A stretch of 47,894 bases of DNA, taken from the UHGV virus genome UHGV-1372926. One strand, written 5' to 3'. The notes beneath the pieces are model-generated. The model searched no databases and was not told where the DNA came from. It saw nothing but the letters and a program-made list of their open reading frames with translations. Position 1 is the first letter of the stretch; each line of letters begins with the position of its first letter. Source of the stretch: a virus. Shown in pieces: positions 28,029 to 36,849 of this stretch. The position numbers and the translations under genes are program-made.

Positions 28029-28288
28029 GCAAGTATGCCGAGTTGGATAAGCTAATTTTGGATAAGATTGATAATGATACTCCGACTCCATTCTGTGAAA
28101 TTCATTTCTACGAACGCGGTCGCATTGATTTTAATAGCAATGTATTTACCATGTGTGAGGGTTTTGCAACAAAAACAGGCGAGGGTTTTCGAGTGCTAGA
28201 CCGACGCCTGCAGGCGCTACGCAAGGCTGGCAAAATCAAAAGTGTACCAGGCAAAGGCTGGATTAAACTGAATGGGGAGGTAAAGTGA
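28025..28288 (+). CDS. hypothetical protein
   Basis: 87 aa ORF, ATGA-coupled. Confidence 0.4.
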   Translation: MSKYAELDKLILDKIDNDTPTPFCEIHFYERGRIDFNSNVFTMCEGFATKTGEGFRVLDRRLQALRKAGKIKSVPGKGWIKLNGEVK

Positions 28289-28482
28289 TGGCGGATTTCG
28301 GAAGCACCAAAAGAGATGCAACATGGACAGAGTGGCAGGAGCAGCTCATTTCAATGCTGGAAATTAACGGTTATAACCCTGATTTCTGCGATATTGCGGA
28401 GGATAGCGTTGCGCATTCAGCATATGAGCGCGGCGTGGCGGTTAGTGACTTCTTTTATGATAATTATGAGGCCGATGAGTGA
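28285..28482 (+). CDS. hypothetical acidic protein
   Basis: 65 aa ORF, coupled. Confidence 0.4.
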   Translation: MMADFGSTKRDATWTEWQEQLISMLEINGYNPDFCDIAEDSVAHSAYERGVAVSDFFYDNYEADE

Positions 28483-28844
28483 TGAAAAGACTCCTGAGAA
28501 ACATCGCGTGGGATATCTTCCTGACGTGGCCGCTGATTTACTTCGGCCTGTTTATGCAGAATGTGTATGCATACAATATGGCTGTGGCTTTTTTCTGGTT
28601 CATGTCGATTGCGTCAATCATTGCATCAGTTGGCTTACTATCAAGCAAAGACCTGCTTGACAAATCCGTTGCTCGCTACAAAAAGCCGCTATGGATTCAT
28701 CATAAATACCAGGTTGTGACGACATTTTGCGAAATAGCAGCAATGGTCGCGCTTGGTTATTTCTGGCTTGGTGGTTTTTACGCTGCTTCAGTTATCTTCA
28801 TGATGGCGATGAAAGAAAAGGTAGCGGAGGAGGCTGGTAAATAA
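28479..28844 (+). CDS. integral membrane protein (3-4 TM segments)
   Basis: 121 aa ORF with hydrophobic stretches WDIFLTWPLIYFGLF, AVAFFWFMSIASIIASVGLL and VALGYFWLGGFYAASVIFM. Confidence 0.45.
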   Translation: MMKRLLRNIAWDIFLTWPLIYFGLFMQNVYAYNMAVAFFWFMSIASIIASVGLLSSKDLLDKSVARYKKPLWIHHKYQVVTTFCEIAAMVALGYFWLGGFYAASVIFMMAMKEKVAEEAGK

Positions 28845-29056
28845 TGCTAATCAAAAATCCAACGCCACGCATTGAAATTGACATGGTAGAGCTACACGAG
28901 CCTGCCCGGCGAGATTATCATGTCCCGAGGTTTGCCGAACCAGTAGCCTACATCATCACCAGCAATCGTGGTCGCCGCTATCTGGCGTTTGCTGGTAGTG
29001 TTGAGCATCAGAATGCAATCATGTTTGGTTACAAAATGGAGGAGCTTTATGCATAA
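28844..29056 (+). CDS. hypothetical protein
   Basis: 70 aa ORF, last gene before the terminator. Confidence 0.4.
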   Translation: MLIKNPTPRIEIDMVELHEPARRDYHVPRFAEPVAYIITSNRGRRYLAFAGSVEHQNAIMFGYKMEELYA

Positions 29057-29072
29057 CTCCGTGGAACTAATT

Positions 29073-29103
29073 TAAAACAAAGCCCCTTTACGGGGCTTTT
29101 TTA
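29073..29103. terminator. bidirectional rho-independent terminator
   Basis: AAAACAAA-GCCCC-TTTAC-GGGGC-TTTTTTATT. Near-identical to the hairpin at 20672. Confidence 0.75.
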
Positions 29104-29582
29104 TTGCGTAGGGAGTTATATTGCGCCTCACAAGTCAACCCTGCTTCTCTTGCTGAGTCAGCATATTCCGCCAGTTGTCTGTTTCTTTCGACAGATTTGC
29201 TGAGCACGATGGAGAGCAAAACTCCGGTACTGGCGGCTGGATTGCCAATGGACTCAGTGCGGGAATAATCGACGAGCTGCTTTCTGATTGTGGTGAGCTG
29301 TTGCTGCAACCTGCCAGACTTAACAGCAGCAGCGGAAGCATCAGCACGCGCGGCATCAATGCGGCCTTGCGCTTCCTGCTCGATGGTCTTTTTGTCTTGC
29401 TCATGTTGTTCGCTTGCCTCTTTGTCTTTGAGCTTCTGCGCCTCTACGGCGGCCAGATATCCAGAGTTATATTTTTCCTTGCCGTAATTGACCCACTTTC
29501 CATAGATAATCAGCGCGAGAAGCGCTACGCCGACGATAGCGGCAACAACCTTCCAGTTATCCTTGAGGATTTGCAGAATCAT
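29088..29582 (-). CDS. i-spanin (Rz-like)
   Basis: 164 aa ORF with N-terminal TM (VVAAIVGVALLALIIYG) and coiled-coil periplasmic domain. Downstream of holin and endolysin. Confidence 0.65.
   Translation of the reverse strand: MILQILKDNWKVVAAIVGVALLALIIYGKWVNYGKEKYNSGYLAAVEAQKLKDKEASEQHEQDKKTIEQEAQGRIDAARADASAAAVKSGRLQQQLTTIRKQLVDYSRTESIGNPAASTGVLLSIVLSKSVERNRQLAEYADSAREAGLTCEAQYNSLRNKKAP
29135..29356 (-). CDS. o-spanin (Rz1-like lipoprotein) nested in the i-spanin gene
   Basis: 73 aa from internal ATG. Lipobox LAGC in MPRVLMLPLLLLSLAGCSNSS. Pro-rich. Encoded in the +1 frame inside the Rz-like gene. Confidence 0.6.
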   Translation of the reverse strand: MPRVLMLPLLLLSLAGCSNSSPQSESSSSIIPALSPLAIQPPVPEFCSPSCSANLSKETDNWRNMLTQQEKQG

Positions 29583-29802
29583 TTTTCAGCGCCTTATTCT
29601 CTTTCTTCATGCCGTGCATTTTCGCAAGCATGGAGACGACCAGTACTGAATAGCTGATTGCCTTAACCGTAAATGGCGGTAATGCGCTCTTTAGGTCATC
29701 AGGCATCATCATCCAGACCTGCATCGCCACGTCCGGGAACATCTGGAGGGCGGAGCATATTGCCATCCAGATACCGATAAGCCAGTTACTGAGGCGCTTC
29801 AT
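29557..29802 (-). CDS. holin
   Basis: 81 aa ORF with two hydrophobic segments (WLIGIWMAICSALQMF and AISYSVLVVSML) and a charged C-terminus. Adjacent to the endolysin. Confidence 0.55.
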   Translation of the reverse strand: MKRLSNWLIGIWMAICSALQMFPDVAMQVWMMMPDDLKSALPPFTVKAISYSVLVVSMLAKMHGMKKENKALKNDSANPQG

Positions 29803-30233
29803 GACATGTATACCTCACGTTCAGCTGCGCGGCGCTTGGTGAGTCCGTTCATGACCTTGCCATTAGCACGATTCCACACCCGGAACTGGTCGGCGGCGCA
29901 GGTGTAGCAGCGGGCGTTATGCTTTTTCAGCAGAGTTGATTTGCCAAAGTTACCAAGCCCGATGTTATAGGCCAGCGACACCATTGCATCAAACTGGCCC
30001 TGAGTTGTTGGGGATGTGATGAGTGACGAAACGCCGCTTTCAAATTTCGCTACGTCGTCACGAAGCATCTTTTCCGCTTGCTCTGCGGTGATAACCATGC
30101 CTGGCTTAACGCCACGGGTTGTGCCGTAACCGATAGTCCACGGTGCGCCGCCAGTAGCTGGGTCCGGGTATGCCTTCGAGCTGTAACCCTCGAATTGTTT
30201 AATTAGTTCAATGCCATTTTGAGATAATTTCAT
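29799..30233 (-). CDS. endolysin (phage lysozyme, GH24/T4-lambda type)
   Basis: 144 aa ORF with lysozyme motifs IKQFEGYSSKAYPD and TIGYGTT. Confidence 0.75.
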   Translation of the reverse strand: MKLSQNGIELIKQFEGYSSKAYPDPATGGAPWTIGYGTTRGVKPGMVITAEQAEKMLRDDVAKFESGVSSLITSPTTQGQFDAMVSLAYNIGLGNFGKSTLLKKHNARCYTCAADQFRVWNRANGKVMNGLTKRRAAEREVYMS

Positions 30234-30234
30234 C

Positions 30235-30959
30235 CTAAGCCTCCCGGGAAAATTCTTTGTGGTGTCTCATTCTAACATTTTTTATCCACTCTGCGGCTTC
30301 ATTCAGGTCGTCAAATACCCTCTCTGCCACCAACACCCTTGATGCGTAGACCCTGGCTTTCCATTTTGATAACCTTTTGTCCCAGCAGACGCCTTTGACG
30401 CCTGACTTATTGCTTGCTGAAAGGCCTTTGTTTTGTTGATTTTCACAAAAAGTGGCAAGCCTAAGATTTTTAATTCTGTTATCTGTTTTGATGCAGTTAA
30501 TGTGATCTATCTCACCTGTTGGCCATGCTCCATAGTGCATAAACCACGCCAGTCTATGTAGTAAGTACCTCTCACCCTGAATCTGACATTCAAGATAACC
30601 ATTCTTGGTTTTGCTACCAACCTTCCTATTGATTCTCGAATTGTTGTGTTCTTAACCCAAATAAAATCACCAGTTTCAGGTTCATATTTAACGATATCGG
30701 AAATATCAAGGTCTCTCACCTTGCTCCTGCACCTCTCTGATGATCTCCTTCCATGCTGAATCCTTGCGCACTTATCACATCCTCCATGCTTTCCCTTTAA
30801 GTGGGTATCTGGATGAGTGAGGAAAGCCCCGTGCATCCTACAAATTATTATTAATTTGTTCTTTTTACCGTCATAAACACACTTTTCGTACTTGAATCTA
30901 CTCCCGTGCGCTGCCCTGGCGGATGCCACAAAGTCTTCGTTTGACATTTTTTTTGACAT
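30235..30959 (-). pseudogene. HNH/AP2 homing endonuclease interrupted by a frameshift (ORFs 30507..30959 and 30235..30540)
   Basis: N-terminal Cys-rich and NUMOD-like part in one frame (...YEPETGDFIWVKNTTIRESIGRLV). Continuation ...KNGYLECQIQGERYLLHRLAWFMHYGAWPTGEIDHINCIKTDNRIKNLRLA plus AP2 motif (SGVKGVCWDKRLSKWKARV) in the +2 frame. Switch point at T4 run 30609-30612. Aligns collinearly with the intact HNH at 58-582. Confidence 0.6.
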
Positions 30960-30998
30960 AATGATTTACTCAACCGATAACTTCCTAACCCATGTGTC

Positions 30999-31007
30999 AT
31001 TATATCA
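30999..31007 (-). promoter_or_regulatory. extended -10 promoter element TGATATAAT (leftward, for the HNH gene)
   Basis: Reverse strand reads TGATATAAT with no good -35. Extended -10 class. Confidence 0.4.
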
Positions 31008-31016
31008 TAAAAATAC

Positions 31017-31030
31017 TTGACGTAGATTGA
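31017..31030 (+). promoter_or_regulatory. conserved box TTGACGTAGATTGA (promoter -35 region) upstream of the 31074 operon
   Basis: Exact copy of the recurrent 14-mer, 44 bp upstream of the ATG at 31074. RBS GGAGAG. Confidence 0.5.
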
Positions 31031-31073
31031 ATCGTAAGCGATGATGTAGATACACAAACACAGGAGAGTAAAA

Positions 31074-31364
31074 ATGAAAAAATTAATCGCAGCAGCAATT
31101 ATCGCAATGGCTTCATTTGGCGCATCAGCTGGTGAAGTGTGTAACAAAGTTGGTGATGTTGGATTCGCCGCGGCCGACGCTCGTGATTCCGGCGTACCTC
31201 AGAGCGTGGCAATGGCGGTAGCACAAAGCCCTGAGTACGGAGTGGACGCCAACAAGGTGCTTGGTGCAACAGTGAAGATGACCTACTCAATGCCGAACAA
31301 GACACCAAAAGAAATCAAGGCAATCACAATTGCGCTTTGCGTATCAAGCATGGGTGACTTGTAA
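31074..31364 (+). CDS. small secreted/periplasmic protein (signal peptide)
   Basis: 96 aa ORF. N-terminal MKKLIAAAIIAMASFGASA|GEV matches a signal peptidase I signal. Two Cys in the mature part. Confidence 0.5.
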   Translation: MKKLIAAAIIAMASFGASAGEVCNKVGDVGFAAADARDSGVPQSVAMAVAQSPEYGVDANKVLGATVKMTYSMPNKTPKEIKAITIALCVSSMGDL

Positions 31365-31495
31365 TGTGCCATCGCCTGATGTTTAAGGCCCGCAACCGCT
31401 ACGTTAAGCTGGTGATGCGCGGCATGGATGAGCATGCAGCATGGCTGAATGTGATGGGTGAACTGAAAAGCATTTATAACGGAGAGAAGAAATGA
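31364..31495 (+). CDS. small hypothetical protein (43 aa)
   Basis: ATG-coupled at both ends (TAATG / ATGA). Below the track cut-off. Confidence 0.3.
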   Translation: MCHRLMFKARNRYVKLVMRGMDEHAAWLNVMGELKSIYNGEKK

Positions 31496-32328
31496 AGCTG
31501 ATTGATGTTTTGGTTGAAGAACTGCCGAAGCGTGGTGGCTGGCCTAAACGTGCAAATTGCATTACCCAAGATGGCGACTTGAAAGTTGAGCCGGCATCCT
31601 GCCATCCATCTATTGCTAAATGTGACGAAGATGGCTTTTGGTTTCTCGACTCGTCACGCACCGGTGGTTTCGAGGTTGACACCTTAGCCAGTGATTACAC
31701 CACTGCTATCATCACCCGCGAACAGTACGAAGCCGCGCTGGCTGCCAAAAATGACGGCTGGATTGATTGGGGTGGTGGTGAGTGTCCGGTGGAGGAAGGT
31801 GTACTGGTTGATGTGCGCTTGCGTAATGGCAATACATTTGAAGGACTTGCTGCTTTAGTTGAATCTCGCGCGACATTACCATTTTGGCTAAGTTATGATG
31901 CTGGCGCAGATATCATCGCCTACCGCCTGCACAAGCCGCAGGAAGCAGAGCAGGCCAAAGCGGATGACGAAACCGACCTTAATGAGTGCATCGGTCAGGA
32001 TGCTGCGCCGGTCTGGAATGGCGAAGGATTGCCGCCGGTTGGAGTTGAGTGTGAATATAAATGGCAGAATGACAGATGGAGAATAGGTAAAGTTTGTTAC
32101 ATATCAAAACACACTGTACTGATGTTGGAAATATTCGACGGGGAAGAATCTGAATCCGCTTACGGCGCGTGCGACGTCACATTCCGCCCACTCCGCACCG
32201 AAGCAGATCGGAAGCGCGAAGAGGCAGTGAAAGCAATTATGTTAACAGGATGGTGCCAGGCTGCCGCTGAGGAAATTTACGACCTCGTTGCTGCTGGGAA
32301 AGTTCCGGGCATGAAGCTGGAGGATTGA
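31492..32328 (+). CDS. hypothetical acidic protein
   Basis: 278 aa ORF, coupled to the upstream small ORF. No recognisable motif. Confidence 0.5.
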   Translation: MKLIDVLVEELPKRGGWPKRANCITQDGDLKVEPASCHPSIAKCDEDGFWFLDSSRTGGFEVDTLASDYTTAIITREQYEAALAAKNDGWIDWGGGECPVEEGVLVDVRLRNGNTFEGLAALVESRATLPFWLSYDAGADIIAYRLHKPQEAEQAKADDETDLNECIGQDAAPVWNGEGLPPVGVECEYKWQNDRWRIGKVCYISKHTVLMLEIFDGEESESAYGACDVTFRPLRTEADRKREEAVKAIMLTGWCQAAAEEIYDLVAAGKVPGMKLED

Positions 32329-32528
32329 TAAGTATAGAGTGAGCAAGAAAAGCCTCGCCGGAAGAATTGTTATGGCGCCACTGTTTTTCATTGTTTTGGT
32401 TATCGAGGTAACGCTGAATAAAGCTGATGACTGGAGCTGCCATGTAAGACGATTCAGGATTAAGATGACTGACTTTGTTGATAAGAAGTTTCCGCTGGAA
32501 AACAACAAAAAAAACTAATATTTGACAG

Positions 32529-32553
32529 AAGCCGCCATCAGGCGGCTTTCTTG
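32529..32553. terminator. rho-independent terminator-like hairpin
   Basis: AAGCCGCC-ATCA-GGCGGCTT followed by TCTTGTGTG. Overlaps the stop of the head morphogenesis gene. Confidence 0.45.
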
Positions 32554-33482
32554 TGTGTATCCTGCCATGCCTCACGCTGCTTATCGAGCCTTTCCTGCGT
32601 CTTCTCAAGTATCACAGGCTTGCCATCCATTACCAATGCGGGTATCTGAGCGCAGTGACAATTCCTGCGGTTTGCGCCTTCGCTGTAGAACTCATCAATC
32701 TCTTCCGGGGTGTAATACTTCCCATGACGCGCGGCATGAGTGGCGCGGGTGGTCTTCATCAGCGCCGACTGCCAGAGCATGATGGTATCCATACCCAGCG
32801 TGACTTGTGCCTCTTTCACTTCGCGCCTGTTAGCTTCACGCAGTGTGTTGGTGATTTCAGTCTGAGCAATTGATCGCGCATAGCTCCTTGATACGTCCAT
32901 GCGGTTAACGATGTTTTGCTCAACCACTCCCGGGGCGTCGCCATTTGCAATGCCAGCAGTGATGACTTCCGCCACCTGTTGCCGCGTGTAATCAGAGAGG
33001 CCACCCCAATCGTTATATGTGCGCGTGTACGCAAGCTGAAGCCGGTCGAGATACGGCTGAGAGTACAGGATTTCAGCAAGCGGCCTGCTGTCTTTGTATG
33101 CCGACGACAGGTCGCCAAGGTCTGAGTTAGCTTTCTGCGTACCAGCATACATGGCGTCGCTGACATAGGATGATGCCCACAACCTTCCATGCGTGAAATC
33201 ATCACCTTCCAGCAGCTGACCATCAAGAATGCGCTGAAGCTCATCAAAGAATGTCGATGCACGGTATGCAGAGAAATCATAATAATAATTTCCACCCTCC
33301 GCATTGCCGGTCGCCACAGGAATCGTGCGGAACAGATCGGCAACCTTCGATTTTAGCGTCACATATCTGGCGTCAACATCGCGCACCATCTTACTGACGC
33401 GACCCACTGCGCCGAGTGGGTCTGTCAGGCTCATACTTAATTTTGGCTGCGGAAGCCGGGCATTAATTTTGAGGAGGTGCAT
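32538..33482 (-). CDS. head morphogenesis protein (SPP1 gp7 / Mu F-like minor head protein)
   Basis: 314 aa ORF immediately downstream of the portal with overlapping start. Conserved central region typical of F-like proteins. Confidence 0.6.
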   Translation of the reverse strand: MHLLKINARLPQPKLSMSLTDPLGAVGRVSKMVRDVDARYVTLKSKVADLFRTIPVATGNAEGGNYYYDFSAYRASTFFDELQRILDGQLLEGDDFTHGRLWASSYVSDAMYAGTQKANSDLGDLSSAYKDSRPLAEILYSQPYLDRLQLAYTRTYNDWGGLSDYTRQQVAEVITAGIANGDAPGVVEQNIVNRMDVSRSYARSIAQTEITNTLREANRREVKEAQVTLGMDTIMLWQSALMKTTRATHAARHGKYYTPEEIDEFYSEGANRRNCHCAQIPALVMDGKPVILEKTQERLDKQREAWQDTHKKAA

Positions 33483-34905
33483 CGGTCTGGTCCTGCTGTT
33501 GGTCGTCTGTCTGGTCTTGCTGCTGACCTTCCTGCAATCCGTCAGGAAGCCGCTCTTTCAGAGGCTCCATGCCAACAATGCCGCGCATCTCATCTGCGGT
33601 CATCAGGGCCATCTGACCTGCGTCGAATACGGATTTGTTTGCAGTGGCCAGCTTAACCAGCAGCTCGGCCTTGTTCAGCTCGGAAGGTGCAAGCAGGTCG
33701 TCCCATTTGCAGTAATAGCCGCTCTCTGGCGCCTTATCCAGAATGCCAAAGGAAATCATCCGGTCGATGAACACCGAAATGATGTAGTCCAGCCAGTCCT
33801 CACGACGCTGTTTGGCACTCATGGCGTCGTCGGTTTTATCCTCATCGGATGCAAGGCGGCCAGTCTGCTGACCAAACAGGATGGTGAATGGCTTCTTAAT
33901 GGATGCTGCAAACTGGTTAGCTGCAATAGTCCATGTCGGGCTTGGGTCGGCTGGCGTCACTGAGAGCACCTTGACATCAGCGCCCATTGTAAACATGGCG
34001 GCGTCGATTGCCTCATTCAGGCGCGCCACATCCTCATTGAGCACATCTGCCAGTTCTTCCAGTGGTACACCCATTTGCTGCGCCAGAGACTGAGCGGAAA
34101 CGCTGTCTTTATTATAATTAACGTTGAGCTGTCGGCTCGCATTCTTCAGGAAGCCCTCGGCGCTTGAGCCGGTGACTTTCGCCATGTCGATGAGGTGATT
34201 GTAACCAGCTCGCAGAAGCGGGACGCCAGAGTAAATGGAGCCATCCATCGCACCCTCGGCAAATACGATAATGCGATCTGGATGAATGCTCAGGGAGCGC
34301 GTTGGCTTACCGTCGCTGTTGCAGGCGCCAACTACCGACTCCTGATATTCGTACATCTTCGGCTGACCATAGTCTTCGCTGGATTCGTCATTTTCCCACT
34401 CACTAACACGAAGCTGTTCTTCCCATGCCGGAATGTAGCGGACAATGGCAGCATCCTTGATGCGTTTTGTTTTCGTGGTGTCTACCGGCTCATTCCACTG
34501 CTTTCCGTCTCGGATTTGCAGGATAAGGCCGGAGTAGCGGTTGATGAGGTTGCGGCGGTCAGCATCCTTGATGAATGGCGCAGCGCGCTTAAACAGCTTG
34601 TTGGCGGCTTTCTCCCACGGGGTGCTGGCCTTATCATCGGCACCTTCCTGAAGGATTTGCGGCGGAGTCTGCCAGCACTTATCGAGTACGCGGTTGACGC
34701 CAGCTGTTGCCGGTGCATAGCGCTCGTAGGCATAGCGGAACATCTCGGCGGTGATTTCTTCAGGATAGCCACATTCGACCCAAAGACGATCGTGTTTGTG
34801 GTCGACATTCTTCCCGCCAAACTCCCGGCGCTGCCGCTCGATGAGCCTGTTATTGTTCGCCACTCGCTGCTGAATATAGGCGTTTACCGCCTCTAACTTT
34901 GACAT
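33463..34905 (-). CDS. portal protein
   Basis: 480 aa ORF, the size and position upstream of head morphogenesis expected for a portal. Acidic Gln-rich C-terminus. Confidence 0.7.
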   Translation of the reverse strand: MSKLEAVNAYIQQRVANNNRLIERQRREFGGKNVDHKHDRLWVECGYPEEITAEMFRYAYERYAPATAGVNRVLDKCWQTPPQILQEGADDKASTPWEKAANKLFKRAAPFIKDADRRNLINRYSGLILQIRDGKQWNEPVDTTKTKRIKDAAIVRYIPAWEEQLRVSEWENDESSEDYGQPKMYEYQESVVGACNSDGKPTRSLSIHPDRIIVFAEGAMDGSIYSGVPLLRAGYNHLIDMAKVTGSSAEGFLKNASRQLNVNYNKDSVSAQSLAQQMGVPLEELADVLNEDVARLNEAIDAAMFTMGADVKVLSVTPADPSPTWTIAANQFAASIKKPFTILFGQQTGRLASDEDKTDDAMSAKQRREDWLDYIISVFIDRMISFGILDKAPESGYYCKWDDLLAPSELNKAELLVKLATANKSVFDAGQMALMTADEMRGIVGMEPLKERLPDGLQEGQQQDQTDDQQQDQTDAPPQN

Positions 34906-34954
34906 TTCGTCACCATAAAAAATCCCATCGCATGGATGGGATTATAGCATGGTA

Positions 34955-35170
34955 TCAGTCACCAAAGGCTCTCTCTTGAAGAGCCTGGTCATTGTTATGG
35001 AATATAGCAAGCTCTATTCTATCCCCAAGAACCAAACCGCGACATTTGGCGTACAATTTATAGCGCTTTCCACTGAATCCAGGCTTAAACCATATCTCCT
35101 CAATCCACTTCCTGCAACCAACCGCCACATCATGAATCTGTTTTCTTGTCATCACTTCACCTCTACGCAT
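34955..35170 (-). CDS. hypothetical small protein (island gene 6)
   Basis: 71 aa ORF, coupled. Likely starts at internal MTRKQI. Confidence 0.35.
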   Translation of the reverse strand: MRRGEVMTRKQIHDVAVGCRKWIEEIWFKPGFSGKRYKLYAKCRGLVLGDRIELAIFHNNDQALQERAFGD

Positions 35171-35337
35171 TGTAAACTGTCAACATCTGGACTTACATCA
35201 TGCCACGTCCGCTTTTCCTCGGCGATTTTCATTGCCGTAACGGCCGCCCGGCACTGCTCCATGCTTTGCATCGGCACCACCTGCATATTGGACGTATTGC
35301 TTGTGATTACGAATATCAGGAAGAAATACGACATCAC
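35152..35337 (-). CDS. hypothetical small protein with N-terminal hydrophobic segment (island gene 5)
   Basis: 61 aa ORF. Hydrophobic stretch MMSYFFLIFVITS, possible signal or TM. Confidence 0.35.
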   Translation of the reverse strand: MMSYFFLIFVITSNTSNMQVVPMQSMEQCRAAVTAMKIAEEKRTWHDVSPDVDSLQCVEVK

Positions 35338-35555
35338 TTCACCTCATCATCAACAAGCGATCTGAACCATGCGGGATATGACTTCGCGCCGAGTTTATGA
35401 TCAACATTCTGAATGTAACGTGCAGCATCATTCAGCTTGTCGGAAAGATAATAAAGTGACTTCCTTGCTCCAAGAAGCATGGCATCGAATACCAGCATCA
35501 CAATCAGGTGCGGGTTGATGATGCAGAACAGGATTGTTTTGACAGCTTTCATCAC
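35334..35555 (-). CDS. small membrane protein (island gene 4)
   Basis: 73 aa ORF with TM segment ILFCIINPHLIVMLVFDAMLL. Confidence 0.4.
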   Translation of the reverse strand: MMKAVKTILFCIINPHLIVMLVFDAMLLGARKSLYYLSDKLNDAARYIQNVDHKLGAKSYPAWFRSLVDDEVK

Positions 35556-35743
35556 TCCACCTTTTCGAATTTGTCGATTACGACTTTGATGCCTTGGTCG
35601 GTTAACGCTGCCACGCTATCATCTGACCAAAACTGAGTAAGCGCAGCAACCGCATTAGTAGCAGTTACCACTTTCCCGACCTTCTCGGCAACACAGCCAT
35701 TTCTGAGAATGGCTTCCGCATGAATAAAGTAAATGCTCATCAC
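35552..35743 (-). CDS. hypothetical small protein (island gene 3)
   Basis: 63 aa ORF, ATGA-coupled. Confidence 0.35.
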   Translation of the reverse strand: MMSIYFIHAEAILRNGCVAEKVGKVVTATNAVAALTQFWSDDSVAALTDQGIKVVIDKFEKVE

Positions 35744-35922
35744 TCAATCTCCTCGCCATTAACCCAGCGTTGCAGGACTCCGATAAGCTGCGCGGCCTGG
35801 TGTTTGTCGATGATTAACTTGTCATCTCTTCCGGTCCCATCATTTTGCTGCGAACAATGCAGCGCTCCGCTGTCGCTTAGAAACAACTTAACATCGTGAA
35901 AATATTCACCTTCAATAATCAT
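35740..35922 (-). CDS. hypothetical small protein (island gene 2)
   Basis: 60 aa ORF, ATGA-coupled. Confidence 0.35.
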   Translation of the reverse strand: MIIEGEYFHDVKLFLSDSGALHCSQQNDGTGRDDKLIIDKHQAAQLIGVLQRWVNGEEIE

Positions 35923-36158
35923 AAATCGCCACCCTCATCGTTATTTAACTCAACATTCCGGAAGAAATCATTAATCGTCTTTAGGCCACTATAACCACGG
36001 CGCCGCTGTAACTCACACAGCACTTCATCATACATGCGCAGAAGAATGGCCTCATCCACATCGTACCTTTCGCACAGTACCTCATCAGACACACCAGCCC
36101 TTGCGAGTGAGTATATTTTTTCCTTCTGCTCCCACGAAAAAGATGAGTATGCCTTCAT
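35919..36158 (-). CDS. small HTH DNA-binding protein (island gene 1)
   Basis: 79 aa ORF. Motif SWEQKEKIYSLARAGVSDEVLCERYDVDEAILLRM resembles Tnp/sigma-r4-type HTH. Confidence 0.45.
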   Translation of the reverse strand: MKAYSSFSWEQKEKIYSLARAGVSDEVLCERYDVDEAILLRMYDEVLCELQRRRGYSGLKTINDFFRNVELNNDEGGDL

Positions 36159-36191
36159 GATGCCCCGGTGATGTAGTTATGTCAATGCGCC

Positions 36192-36220
36192 TTGACGTAG
36201 ATTCTAGCATGGCGTAGATT
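36192..36220 (+). promoter_or_regulatory. sigma70-like promoter TTGACG-N17-TAGATT
   Basis: -35 TTGACG at 36192-36197. Spacer begins with TAGATT. -10 TAGATT at 36215-36220. Upstream of the gene at 36247. Confidence 0.5.
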
Positions 36221-36246
36221 AAAATGAAACCTCTCGGAGAAATCTT

Positions 36247-36537
36247 ATGAAATGTGTCATTTTCGAGCTTGATGGGGTGCTGCGTGATGCAGAAGGAAAT
36301 GCTATTTCTGGCAACGTTGCGCTGGCTAAGTCACTCTACTCTGCCGGGCATGATGTGCTTATCATGAGGGCAAAGCATGCGTATGAGTGGCTGCATGCTA
36401 ACGATGTTTTCTATGATGACATTATGGCTTCGCACCAGCAGATTGACGCAGAAAGGGTGGCAATGGCGGTCGTGTCTGATGACGTGATTTATGCCGCCAT
36501 GCGCAACGCGGGGATTCATTGTTGGCTTTACAAATAA
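36247..36537 (+). CDS. hypothetical protein with HAD-like DxDG motif
   Basis: 96 aa ORF. N-terminal VIFELDGVL resembles HAD phosphatase motif I, but the protein is too short for a complete HAD fold. Confidence 0.4.
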   Translation: MKCVIFELDGVLRDAEGNAISGNVALAKSLYSAGHDVLIMRAKHAYEWLHANDVFYDDIMASHQQIDAERVAMAVVSDDVIYAAMRNAGIHCWLYK

Positions 36538-36550
36538 TTTATTATAAATG

Positions 36551-36579
36551 TTGACGTGGGTTCATGGTTGACGTAGATT
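36551..36579 (+). promoter_or_regulatory. sigma70-like promoter TTGACG-N17-TAGATT
   Basis: -35 TTGACG at 36551-36556. 17 bp spacer ending in a second TTGACG. TAGATT at 36574-36579. Confidence 0.5.
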
Positions 36580-36627
36580 GTAGTCATTGAGGCGGCAATG
36601 GTTCCGCGAATGAATGAGGATAAAAAA

Positions 36628-36816
36628 ATGAACACATACGACCTGACCACTAAAAACGTACCAGCTTTCGAGGTTGTAGAGAATGGCCCAGACTCCACAG
36701 ACTACGTTGTTGCAACCGTTAAGGGTGAGGCTGCTGCCCGTCTGCGCGCCTCATCTTTTCAGGAGAGAAATGCTTATCTTGGATATGGGTATACCATTCG
36801 CCCAGTCGCGGCATAA
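36628..36816 (+). CDS. hypothetical small protein
   Basis: 62 aa from ATG at 36628, RBS GAGGA. Confidence 0.4.
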   Translation: MNTYDLTTKNVPAFEVVENGPDSTDYVVATVKGEAAARLRASSFQERNAYLGYGYTIRPVAA

Positions 36817-36836
36817 AGACAAATTGAGCCCCGGCA
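36806..36836 (+). terminator. rho-independent terminator
   Basis: GCCCCG-GCAA-CGGGGC followed by TTTTTCTT. Confidence 0.7.
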
Positions 36837-36849
36837 ACGGGGCTTTTTC

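Noticed and set aside
32237-32608. 123 aa and 88 aa - strand ORFs
   Set aside because: They are antisense to the end of the 278 aa + gene and to the intergenic terminator region, with Leu/Ser/Phe-rich junk composition.
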